Assembly (NCBI GenBank): GCA_039799905.1
Contig: JBDLRP010000032.1
Coordinates: forward strand, 62,070 to 126,069
DNA length: 64,000 bases
Direction: 5' to 3'
Origin: Pseudomonadota bacterium
GTDB taxonomy: Bacteria > Bdellovibrionota_B > Oligoflexia > Silvanigrellales > Silvanigrellaceae
Shown here: positions 9,966 through 18,467 of the stretch, one piece after another
Layout of the letters: each line of letters starts with the position of its first letter
Numbering within the stretch: the stretch's first letter is position 1
Notes under the pieces: model-generated
The model's input: the letters and a program-made list of their open reading frames with translations, nothing else
What the model was told of the DNA's origin: nothing
The model's database searches: none
Made by a program: the position numbers and the translations under genes

Positions 9966-11039
9966 ATGGCACGGATTCCCACGCTTGAGATTCAAATAGC
10001 TAATATGAAAGGTCTTTTGCGGACCATGTGCGATCGTGTTCACGCCGGTTTACTGGTGGTTGAACAACATCTCCATGTTCCGAATCTTGAGGCCCTCATC
10101 AAGGTTGTCGCACTCGATTCCGAGGTTGACCGCATGGAACTCGAGCTTGATGAGGCGGTTTTGCAGATTTTCGCCACCCAGCAACCGCGCGCTCAGGAAC
10201 TGCGGCTGGTTTACGCGACTGCCAAAGTGGCTCACCACGTCGAACGCATGGGTGATGCCGTAGAAAGCTTGGCCCGTCAGCTGGCCACTGCCGACTTGTC
10301 GGAAAGCAGAAGTTTGCTCATTGAGATGATCAGCCATGTGAAGGACCTTTTTGCGCGTTCCTACGCCGCAATGTTTGAGCAAGATCACACGCGCATTCAG
10401 GAAATTTTTGATCTGGATGATGCCGTTGATGAGTGTCAGCGCGCAATCGTTAAAATTGCGAAGGATATGTTTCTCTCGGCTCCACGTGATCCGAAGGCCG
10501 TCGAGCGCGGTTTGAAGCTCATCACCATTGCATCCAAACTCGAGAAGATTGCTGACCTGTGTTGTAACTGGGCTGAACAGACCGACTTTGCCGCGCACGG
10601 ATTTGCCCGCAGGGTGCTCAAGAAACGCCGCCTGCGAGTGGTTCTTATGGATGATTCTGGCGGTCATGTGGCGCGCATTTTTGCCGCCCAACTGACCAAA
10701 AATCTTTCCGACGGGGTTGATGTGACTGTGGCGACGACCCGCCTCGACTCGGGCGAAGGCAGGCTAAATACAGAGATACTGCCCGAGTCTGCGGTGGCAT
10801 CTGAATTTCCCGTTGCGAGGTTCGAGCAGGTTTCTTGGTCACGCTGTTTTTTGCTGGTTAATTTGGGCTGCGAACTCGAAGCGCGTGAGCGCGATGGTAT
10901 TCCGCACAAAACAATGGTTCTAGAATGGCAGATGCCCAAGAGCGGCAGCGATGAATATGAGACACAGATGCGTCAGAGGCTTGGTGGGCTGGCGAGCATT
11001 CTGGCGCGGTCGGATGTTTCCTTGGGAAACATGAGCTAG
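9966..11039 (+). CDS. phoU: PhoU-domain protein with an extra C-terminal alpha/beta domain
   Basis: Two PhoU repeats (DSEVDRME...QQPRAQELR...VERMGD; LDDAVD...LEKIADLCCN) followed by a C-terminal extension of about 140 aa. Confidence 0.8.
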   Translation: MARIPTLEIQIANMKGLLRTMCDRVHAGLLVVEQHLHVPNLEALIKVVALDSEVDRMELELDEAVLQIFATQQPRAQELRLVYATAKVAHHVERMGDAVESLARQLATADLSESRSLLIEMISHVKDLFARSYAAMFEQDHTRIQEIFDLDDAVDECQRAIVKIAKDMFLSAPRDPKAVERGLKLITIASKLEKIADLCCNWAEQTDFAAHGFARRVLKKRRLRVVLMDDSGGHVARIFAAQLTKNLSDGVDVTVATTRLDSGEGRLNTEILPESAVASEFPVARFEQVSWSRCFLLVNLGCELEARERDGIPHKTMVLEWQMPKSGSDEYETQMRQRLGGLASILARSDVSLGNMS

Positions 11040-11138
11040 ACTTGAAAAATCAAGGCTTCGGCCCGCGTAGCGAAATTGTCAGGAAGACTCATGATTATCA
11101 GGTTGCTTGAGAAATTGATTGCGGAAGGGCGCAGCGTA

Positions 11139-12020
11139 ATGCGTTTTGCCTGTTTCAATCTGCGTCGCGGAGCTCCGCTTGCGCTCTGTTTCTTGTCGGG
11201 TGTTGCAGCTGCAAATCCAACAACAGTTGACCTCTGGCGGGACATGGGTCTGAGTGCTTCTTTGCTGGGCGGTGGAACCGCACACGTCTCGGACAGTTCT
11301 GCCTCCGACAGAAATCCCGCAGGTATCGTGCGTGGACAAGTTTATGCCGCCACTGGCGAACTGGGTTGGACCGGGCAAAAGTCGCGGCAGACAGAGTTCG
11401 CGGTCTGCGATCCGACGCGCGCGTACTCTGAGCTGATTGCCTGCGTAAAAGTAAGGCAAACGCAAAAAATAACCGGTGCCACCGATCGCCGCTACACATT
11501 GGCCTTGGCAGATGTGTTTACCGGCGGATTGATTCTTGGACTTGCCGGTGACTACGTCGAATTTGCTCAGGAACGGAAGCCCTTTGCCATCAGTGCGCCT
11601 GCAAAGAGCGGGTTTCGCCTGCGCGGCGGATTTATTTATGCTCTGCAGGAGGGCATCTCTCTTGGCTTGCGGAGCGATGGTCTTTTTGATGCGACCAACA
11701 CACCGCGAAATCACGCCGCAGGGGTGAGTGCCCAGATTGGCAGGCACTTTCTCATCAACGGAGACTTGTTTTTTGACGCCGACGCCATGCGTGAGGCGCT
11801 GGTCGGGGTCAGTGTTCTTCCGCGTGACTTCCTTGATTTTGCCGTCAGCTATGGTTACGCCCCGAAAGATGGTTATCACAGAATCGGCGGCGGGCTGGTT
11901 GTGAGGTCGCAGCAGGCTCGGCTATCCTACACGGTAGTTCGGTCGTCTGTCGCTCCGACACAGTTGTTCCACACGTTTGGCATTGGAATCTTTATAGCCG
12001 GCGAAGCCGGCCCGGGGTAA
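11139..12020 (+). CDS. Putative outer-membrane beta-barrel protein
   Basis: Signal peptide, N-terminal GG...NPAG motif seen in FadL/PorV-like barrels, and alternating beta strands. Confidence 0.55.
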   Translation: MRFACFNLRRGAPLALCFLSGVAAANPTTVDLWRDMGLSASLLGGGTAHVSDSSASDRNPAGIVRGQVYAATGELGWTGQKSRQTEFAVCDPTRAYSELIACVKVRQTQKITGATDRRYTLALADVFTGGLILGLAGDYVEFAQERKPFAISAPAKSGFRLRGGFIYALQEGISLGLRSDGLFDATNTPRNHAAGVSAQIGRHFLINGDLFFDADAMREALVGVSVLPRDFLDFAVSYGYAPKDGYHRIGGGLVVRSQQARLSYTVVRSSVAPTQLFHTFGIGIFIAGEAGPG

Positions 12021-12026
12021 TGTTTG

Positions 12027-12677
12027 ATGAGTTTCACTTCGCAGGGCAATTCGTTTCTGGCCGGCAACAAAAAGAACGACTCGCTTGTGGGCCGTGACGT
12101 CGTTTCGTTCTGCGGAAAGTGCAAACTGAATTTGTCGCACACCGTCGTGACAGTTTCGAGCAAAACACAGCCTAATCGTGTTCAGTGCAATACTTGTAAG
12201 TCCGAGCACGCCTTTCGGGGAGTGAAATCGGCCAATGAACTCAAGAATCGTGCAATGGGAGATGATGCTATGTCAGAACGTGACGAAGAAGTTGATCTTG
12301 ATTTGGACTCGGGCGGCAAGGCTTTGCTTGGTGAAGGTGCGACCAAAAAGCGCGCCAAGGCAAAACCCAAAGCGAAAAAATCGAAGGACGAGAGCGAGAG
12401 CAAGTCGAGCTCAAAGTCGGGTGCAGCAGCATTGCCGCTGAGCATGCTCTCGGCGAGCAACGAAGACAAACAGCTCTTCAGCGACAAAAAAGCTGCCCTG
12501 AAGGCCTCAAAGGTGGCTCCCAAAGACTACAGCATCAAAATTCATTTGAGTGTTGGTGATGTGGTCAATCACAAGACTTTCGGTCTTGGATTTGTGACTG
12601 CCGACGGTGGTCTCAATAAGGTCGAGATTCTTTTTGAAGGCGGACGCAAGCTTCTGATTACAGGTCCGAAGCCCTAA
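12027..12677 (+). CDS. Zn-ribbon protein with Lys-rich linker and Tudor-like C-terminal domain
   Basis: CGKC...H...CNTC...H at the N-terminus and VGDVVNHKTFGLGFV...KVEILF at the C-terminus. Confidence 0.6.
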   Translation: MSFTSQGNSFLAGNKKNDSLVGRDVVSFCGKCKLNLSHTVVTVSSKTQPNRVQCNTCKSEHAFRGVKSANELKNRAMGDDAMSERDEEVDLDLDSGGKALLGEGATKKRAKAKPKAKKSKDESESKSSSKSGAAALPLSMLSASNEDKQLFSDKKAALKASKVAPKDYSIKIHLSVGDVVNHKTFGLGFVTADGGLNKVEILFEGGRKLLITGPKP

Positions 12678-13425
12678 CGTCCTCGCGCTCGCGCTCGCTG
12701 CTGTTCTGCGAAGACGCACTGAGATGCGAGCTGTCTGAAGCTCTCTGCTTCGGGTAGTAGTAGTCCATGACCCGCCAAATTGAATCGATTTCTTCGTTTG
12801 AAAGCCCGAAGCGCTTCGCGTTCTTGACTTCATGCATGTAGGCTTCGCGTTCTGCCGACCATGTGCCGTCATTTTCAAAGAGCTCTTTCGCGCTGGGCTG
12901 AAGCGCCGGAATGACGCGACCAGCCAGACGCCGAGCGCTCAGACTCCACTGTGTCAGCTGATCGATGGCGACAACTTTGAAGAACGATTGCGGAACGTGG
13001 ACTTCAATTTCATGTGCGAGAGTTGAACCAAGGACACCCCAGCTTGTAAAGGCGGCGGGGCCGATGGTCACACGTTTCTGGGGTAAAATGAGACCGCCTG
13101 TGGTTAACCCGCGGTCGCCCAAAAGAGAATCAAACTCTGGTCCGTCGACGGTGTCAGGCGTTTCGATCGAGAACATGACCATCGCAATGTCGACCGAAGT
13201 CTGACTCTGTTCTGGAAATCCGCTCGGCGCCGAGACTTCGACTCCGGCAATTGATTTTTGGTATTCTCGGTAGGCATGCAACTCACGGTTCGCCCTGACC
13301 GTCATCACAACCCCGAAGGCGCTCACCACGAGAGCAGCGAGCAGCGGCAGATTATGGACTAAGCGAAGCAGCATGACGAGCCCCACACATTTTGGCCGGT
13401 AACGCACCCCTGTGGGATCGTGCAT
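12658..13425 (-). CDS. Membrane-anchored hypothetical protein with a zincin-like HExxxH motif (start uncertain)
   Basis: N-terminal TM helix, STLAHEIEVH, and downstream AEREAY. Confidence 0.55.
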   Translation of the reverse strand: MHDPTGVRYRPKCVGLVMLLRLVHNLPLLAALVVSAFGVVMTVRANRELHAYREYQKSIAGVEVSAPSGFPEQSQTSVDIAMVMFSIETPDTVDGPEFDSLLGDRGLTTGGLILPQKRVTIGPAAFTSWGVLGSTLAHEIEVHVPQSFFKVVAIDQLTQWSLSARRLAGRVIPALQPSAKELFENDGTWSAEREAYMHEVKNAKRFGLSNEEIDSIWRVMDYYYPKQRASDSSHLSASSQNSSEREREDVRASDL

Positions 13426-13647
13426 CAGCGGCAACTCCACCTGGCCCTTAGAAAAATCTGTGCCAACCCGAGTTTGATGGATACTTATGCTGATTTGTGA
13501 GTGTTTTCCAGTCCTAAACCATTGGGCTCTGAGCGGAGGAGGAGTCCAATCGTGCTTTTGCCTGTTTAAATGTTGGACACCGACCATTTTTTCGCTTGTC
13601 TTTAAGGTGGTTCCGATGGACACCCGGTGCAACGGGAGACGACAACT

Positions 13648-14331
13648 ATGGCGGAAGTGGTACTGGTCAAGGAACGGGTTGTGCTCGGAATTACCGGCGC
13701 AAGTGGGTCCATCTATGCGGAGTTGATGCTCCGGTCGCTACTTGCAGCAGGTGTCAGAACCTATTTGGTTGCTACAGACACAGCGCGGAAAGTCATTGCC
13801 ACTGAGCTGCCCGAGAACTGTCTCATCGCGCAGGTCCTGTCGAGTGGCCTGCAGGCGCGCCTTGAAACAAATTCCGCCGTCGCGGCGGCTGCAGAGAGTT
13901 CGGGCCTGTCCGCAGAGAATATCGCCCAGTTGCGCGTGTTTTCGAATGATGATTTTTATGCCCCCATTGCCAGTGGTTCCGAGGGAGCGACACACATGGT
14001 TGTTGCTCCTTGCAGCATGGGAACGATGGCGCGCATTGCGCACGGCATGAGCACATGTCTTTTGGAACGCTGCGCTGATGTGATGCTCAAGGAAAAGCGC
14101 ACGCTGGTGATTTCGCCCCGCGAGACTCCGCTGAGCACCATTCATCTGCAAAACATGCTCACCCTTGCACAGGCCGGTGCGGTTCTTGTGCCGGCGATGC
14201 CTGCGTTTTACAGCCGCCCACAGAGTGTTGAGGAGGTTGCTCTTTTTGTGGTCGAGAGATTGCTTGATCAATTGAGGCTGACGACGCCTCTCCGGCAAAA
14301 AAGTGTTCGCTGGAACATCCGCAGGCTTTGA
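13648..14331 (+). CDS. ubiX: Flavin prenyltransferase UbiX
   Basis: GITGASG, APIASGS, PCSMGT, ADVMLKEKR..PRETP and PAFY motifs. Confidence 0.95.
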   Translation: MAEVVLVKERVVLGITGASGSIYAELMLRSLLAAGVRTYLVATDTARKVIATELPENCLIAQVLSSGLQARLETNSAVAAAAESSGLSAENIAQLRVFSNDDFYAPIASGSEGATHMVVAPCSMGTMARIAHGMSTCLLERCADVMLKEKRTLVISPRETPLSTIHLQNMLTLAQAGAVLVPAMPAFYSRPQSVEEVALFVVERLLDQLRLTTPLRQKSVRWNIRRL

Positions 14332-14410
14332 TCCCGCACGCAGGCTTCAGCGAAGTTCTTTCTGCGTCAGCATTAGTTTCAGCAAACAGAAATCGGATAG
14401 CGACTCGTTG

Positions 14411-14929
14411 TCATTCCCCAAGCCGCTCATCAAGGCGTGCGCGGCATGCCTCGACCTTGGGTTTGAGTGACGGAACTGCACCGCCGCAGTCCCAGTCTTT
14501 CCAGCCGGCACGCGACAATCTGATAAATCCGCAATCGGCATTTGTTTGTGGATCTTCGAGGTCATAACCGCATTTGCGGCCGCGCGTGTCCCATGCTGGC
14601 TGAGTCGGATGAAGTACGCCGCGCCCCGCTTCGGTACCCGGATACGAATCGTTGATTTGAAAAAGTCCGACGTGGACTCCTGTGCGCATATCTGCCCTCC
14701 CTGCGGATTCGCACAGGATGATGCATGTTGCGCGATTGCGATCCCAGCGGGGAAAGCCAGCTTTGTCGACGTAGGAACGCAGTTGCAAAAGCTCGCTGTC
14801 GGACATCAGCAGGTCGTCGCTGGCACCTGTTACTTTAGATTCATGAGCGGATTTTTTTGCATCTGAAGAGCACGAGGCTGCAATCACAGTTGTCATGCAG
14901 AGTGAGAAAATCAACTTCATGTTTTTCAT
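14411..14929 (-). CDS. Lipoprotein with a lysozyme-like/SLT transglycosylase domain
   Basis: Lipobox IAASC, catalytic CES motif, GLFQIN, and GWKDW. GAGGAA RBS. Confidence 0.75.
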   Translation of the reverse strand: MKNMKLIFSLCMTTVIAASCSSDAKKSAHESKVTGASDDLLMSDSELLQLRSYVDKAGFPRWDRNRATCIILCESAGRADMRTGVHVGLFQINDSYPGTEAGRGVLHPTQPAWDTRGRKCGYDLEDPQTNADCGFIRLSRAGWKDWDCGGAVPSLKPKVEACRARLDERLGE

Positions 14930-15155
14930 TTCATCATTCCTCTTGTGTTTTGCCTGACATACTAAAAGGTGTTTGAGGCACGCAACCTAAAAATTTTTTT
15001 CGTGTTTTATTTTGGCTCTTAAATAGCCGCAAATGCGAGATATTTTTTCTGTTTTATTTTTTAGTCCAAAATTAAAAAACTGCGTGTTTTCGAAATGGGT
15101 AAACTTTTCCTGCCGCATTCCGATGCTCTTTTCAGTTTAGAGGAAGGAGAAAAAT

Positions 15156-16013
15156 ATGGTGTGCCGTTGGTTGGTGCCGCTTGGCGCCTGCTTTCTTGTT
15201 GCGTGTGGCAACAGTGATCCTGAAGCTCTCATGCGTGCAGAGATTCTCAACGTGGGTTTCATTCCCTATGAAACGCCTCTCGAATTTGCGGGCACGGGAA
15301 CACTCGTCGGTGGCAAGCCCTACGAGATGCAGCTCATCGCACCGCCGGAGAGTTGTTTTCCAAATTCCGCAGGTGGTTCGCCGACACAGTTGCGCGTTGT
15401 CGACAATACCGAATTACCGATGAAGTCGAATGCCTTTCAGCTCACAGGAAATGCCCGAGTTGGTTTAGTGGATGCACTCGGCAGTGGTAATGCTCCCATT
15501 TCTGCGGGTGTATCGTTCAACAGGGCACAGCGTGTGGATTTCAGTTACACAAGGCCAAAGCGGGAATATTTTGATGCGATCAAGCTCACCGGCTTTTATC
15601 GCAATCAGCTCCCCGACATTTGCAAAGATTATCTGGATAAGGTCGGCTTCATCTCGGAAGCAATCAAAGTGGATGAGATGAGATTTAAATTTTACTCTTC
15701 CAACGGTGCGGCAATCGACCTGACAGCGATTGATCCCAAGACGCTGCTGGAGATGAGTGTCGGCACCAGTTGGCAAGTTGTGAAAACATATGAGTTGGTC
15801 ATTTCGACGCCAAAATACATCGGATACCGCATGGGGCGTCTGACGCGCGGAGATGACGGTGTTTCACTTTGCCGTGCAAACACGGTGAGCAAAGAGGGGA
15901 ATTATCAATTCCAGTGCCTGAACATGTTTCAGGACCTTGCCCGTCTGAGCAGCCGTTCGTTCACACCTCGCGGGTTCAAGGTCGGGCTCGACGACGTCCT
16001 AGAGATCGAATGA
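15156..16013 (+). CDS. Lipoprotein, candidate gasdermin-like pore-forming protein
   Basis: AAGGAG RBS and lipobox LVAC(17). The sequence pattern resembles bacterial gasdermins (see findings). The CDS itself is well supported; the product call is an inference. Confidence 0.45.
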   Translation: MVCRWLVPLGACFLVACGNSDPEALMRAEILNVGFIPYETPLEFAGTGTLVGGKPYEMQLIAPPESCFPNSAGGSPTQLRVVDNTELPMKSNAFQLTGNARVGLVDALGSGNAPISAGVSFNRAQRVDFSYTRPKREYFDAIKLTGFYRNQLPDICKDYLDKVGFISEAIKVDEMRFKFYSSNGAAIDLTAIDPKTLLEMSVGTSWQVVKTYELVISTPKYIGYRMGRLTRGDDGVSLCRANTVSKEGNYQFQCLNMFQDLARLSSRSFTPRGFKVGLDDVLEIE

Positions 16014-16023
16014 TCGCATTGTT

Positions 16024-16070
16024 TCAGCTGCTATGCCATCCTCGGCGAAGGCATAGCAGCTGACAATTTT
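16024..16070. terminator. 14-bp perfect inverted repeat between convergent genes
   Basis: TCAGCTGCTATGCC (16024-16037) pairs with GGCATAGCAGCTGA (16050-16063), followed by CAATTTT on the plus strand. Confidence 0.65.
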
Positions 16071-17299
16071 CTTCCCGCGATGAAGTCTCCAACGACAAAA
16101 GCGACCGTCAAAACTGCACCCAACAAAGGAAGACTCCAAACCCCGAAACGTTCGATGAGAAATCCGCTCAAAGGGAGAAAAATAATGAGCGCTAACCGTG
16201 TCAGAACTGAGAGAGCCGAGAGGACGGACGCACGACGCTTGTCTTCAATAAGATTGTGCAGCTGAGCGGAGGCACTCAACGTGTACAAGCGGACGAAACC
16301 AAATAGTCCCAGAACGCCGAGTATGCAAAGCCAAAGTCCTGATTTGAAGTAGACTGCAAGCGTTAGAAAAATTGCAGAAGCACCAAGCTGCCCGAGCAGA
16401 ACTCGACTGCCTGCGCCAGAAACCCGTTCAATGCTCAGCGCCTTGCTTGCAATTGACTGAATCACCAGAATTGCGAAAAAGAGCGGTCCAAAAAAAGAGA
16501 GCTTGATTCCGCCAATGAAGAAATTCTCCTGATTGTTATTCATAAAGAAGTATTGCCAATAGGGAATAATCAATTGGTAAAAGACTCCAATTCCAATGAA
16601 CGGAATCGCGATTTTTCGAATCTCGGACGTTGTCCAGATCTGACGCAGGACCTCGCTGAGCTCACCCTGGAGCAATTTCAAAACAGTCGGCTTTGATGAA
16701 GATTTTTGTCCGCTCGAGTGCTCAGCATGAAATGCCGAGTCATCCTTCATCAAAAGTGGAATCAGGCATGTGATCAGCAGGAGAAGAGCTGAAGCAATCC
16801 ACCAAAACAGAGACGAATCAGGGTTGACGAACGTTCCGCCCACGAGTGAAAACAAGGCCATCATGGCAAATAGAACGGCATGATAGTCGCCCAACAATCG
16901 GTTGAGCGCAGGTCGACCGCGGTCGGAAATGTATTTTTCGGCAAGATGTGCATCGAAGGCACCGTTAAAGGACGCAAGTGACAAAGCATTCAATCCCTCT
17001 GCAAGAAGAAGGACCCAGAAAGTGGAACCCGCAGCCGTCAGAGCCAACCAGGATGCTCCCGCTGCACTCCCCAAAATAAGACAGACTCGGCGTCCTCTGC
17101 GGTCTGCAAGAACGCCCAAAGGAAAGTCCAGAAGCATTAGAAGCAAGGCTTGGAACGATTTCATCAGTCCAAGTTCACCCGCAGTAATTCCTTTGCTCAG
17201 TAAGTACAGTGCCGATGTGGCTCCAATGAGCATTCGGGCACTTGAAAAGACCAGCCCGATGGCTGCAACGCTGTTTATTGACGTGAGCATACTTCGCAT
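16031..17299 (-). CDS. MFS efflux transporter (MccC-like exporter)
   Basis: About 12 hydrophobic segments and MFS motif A GVLADRRGRR. Its start overlaps the end of mccB. Confidence 0.85.
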   Translation of the reverse strand: MRSMLTSINSVAAIGLVFSSARMLIGATSALYLLSKGITAGELGLMKSFQALLLMLLDFPLGVLADRRGRRVCLILGSAAGASWLALTAAGSTFWVLLLAEGLNALSLASFNGAFDAHLAEKYISDRGRPALNRLLGDYHAVLFAMMALFSLVGGTFVNPDSSLFWWIASALLLLITCLIPLLMKDDSAFHAEHSSGQKSSSKPTVLKLLQGELSEVLRQIWTTSEIRKIAIPFIGIGVFYQLIIPYWQYFFMNNNQENFFIGGIKLSFFGPLFFAILVIQSIASKALSIERVSGAGSRVLLGQLGASAIFLTLAVYFKSGLWLCILGVLGLFGFVRLYTLSASAQLHNLIEDKRRASVLSALSVLTRLALIIFLPLSGFLIERFGVWSLPLLGAVLTVAFVVGDFIAGRKLSAAMPSPRMA

Positions 17300-18315
17300 G
17301 ACAGGCTCCGAGAAAAGTTTTGCTTTTGGATTTCCAAGCTGTGTGAATAAAAGCCCAAGCGTTGATTCAATGAATGGACCTCGCCGACTCCGGTCAAAAA
17401 ATTCATGATATCGCGTGCTGCGAGTGCCGCGGCCATCTGATTGATGGGGCCCGATGACGCCGGACGATGCCGGGCATTTACCTTTTTAAGAAGATCCGTG
17501 AATGACGCATCATCCGAGTTAAAACTCGCATAAACCTTGCTGCATTCGTGACAGCCGGTTTGCTGCGGCACAACCAATGGGCCCCAAATTGCAATATCAG
17601 CGCAGTATCCGACGTTTATGTAAGGAATTTTTCTGCGCACGGATTCTCTGTTTACCCAGAATAACAGTTCCGACGGAGAATCTGCCGACAGCACCCAGAG
17701 ATCAGCATCTGGAAGATGCGAAGTCGCGATCTCTTCACTCAAATCCAGCTCAGCGGTGTGGATCTCAACTTCTGAGTTTCTCTCCGAGAGTTCACGGGCA
17801 AGGACTTCGATTTTCTTTTCGCCAACGTGTTGCTCTTTGAAAACAAATTGGCGTGTCAGATTTGAGAGCTCAATTGTATCGAAGTCGACCAAATACATTC
17901 TGCCAACCCCGGCGGTGGCAAGTTGCATGGCCACGGCGTTGCCAATTCCACCACATCCAATCACTGCAACAGTGGACTCAGCCAATCGATGCTGCGAACG
18001 ACTTGGTTGTGCATCTCCCATCAAGGAGAAAAACAGTGCATTTCTTGAATAACGACCTGCGGTGGTAATATCGGAAGAAGACATCAATAGAGCTGAATCT
18101 CGAAGGCGCTCGTAGGCCTTCTTCAAGTCTTCTGAACCAGCCAGATCACTTTCAATCTCGGTTGTAGAACGCGGTTCCAGAAAATATTTGAGCACACTCT
18201 TGAATGCTGACTTTTCAGAGGCTTCAGAGGTTGTGATTCTGCAACGTCCCGCTCCCAATATGAGGGTTTCTCCGCGGAATCCTGCTTGTACATATGGGGC
18301 GAGTTCAACTTGCAT
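17275..18315 (-). CDS. mccB: MccB-type ThiF-family peptide adenylyltransferase (alternative TTG start at 18330)
   Basis: RYSRN, VIGCGGIG, D.DTIELSNLTRQ, ADLWVLSADSP, PYINVGY..DIAIWGPLVVP..TGCHEC and terminal CEVC. Has an N-terminal peptide-clamp region and is collinear with E. coli MccB as recalled. Confidence 0.9.
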   Translation of the reverse strand: MQVELAPYVQAGFRGETLILGAGRCRITTSEASEKSAFKSVLKYFLEPRSTTEIESDLAGSEDLKKAYERLRDSALLMSSSDITTAGRYSRNALFFSLMGDAQPSRSQHRLAESTVAVIGCGGIGNAVAMQLATAGVGRMYLVDFDTIELSNLTRQFVFKEQHVGEKKIEVLARELSERNSEVEIHTAELDLSEEIATSHLPDADLWVLSADSPSELLFWVNRESVRRKIPYINVGYCADIAIWGPLVVPQQTGCHECSKVYASFNSDDASFTDLLKKVNARHRPASSGPINQMAAALAARDIMNFLTGVGEVHSLNQRLGFYSHSLEIQKQNFSRSLSCEVCSRQ

Positions 18316-18344
18316 GATTTTGAGTTCCAAAAACGGTGGAATGA

Positions 18345-18383
18345 GAAAAATAGTGAGCCCCTCGACAATCGTTGAGGGGCTCA
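18345..18383 (-). terminator. Hairpin between mccA and mccB (intrinsic terminator/attenuator-like)
   Basis: Minus strand reads TGAGCCCCTCAAC-GATT-GTCGAGGGGCTCA, followed by CTATTTTTC. Confidence 0.8.
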
Positions 18384-18396
18384 GTTCAGCAGACGC

Positions 18397-18420
18397 TTAG
18401 TTACGAACGATGAAATCCAC
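18397..18420 (-). CDS. mccA: Microcin C-like precursor heptapeptide MDFIVRN
   Basis: AGGAGG-GTCCC-GTG GAT TTC ATC GTT CGT AAC TAA: seven codons ending in Asn, directly upstream of mccB. Confidence 0.9.
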   Translation of the reverse strand: MDFIVRN

Positions 18421-18467
18421 GGGACCCTCCTGTCATTGACGCTGTGATGTGTAACCAAGAATCGGTT

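Noticed and set aside
13521..13550. Imperfect hairpin ATTGGGCTCT...GGAGTCCAAT upstream of ubiX
   Set aside because: No recognisable riboswitch or ncRNA consensus, and it could arise by chance.
17275..18315. Alternative call as housekeeping MoeB/ThiF
   Set aside because: The N-terminal clamp region, MccB-specific motifs, adjacent Asn-terminal heptapeptide and MFS gene favour MccB. No sulfur-carrier gene is nearby.
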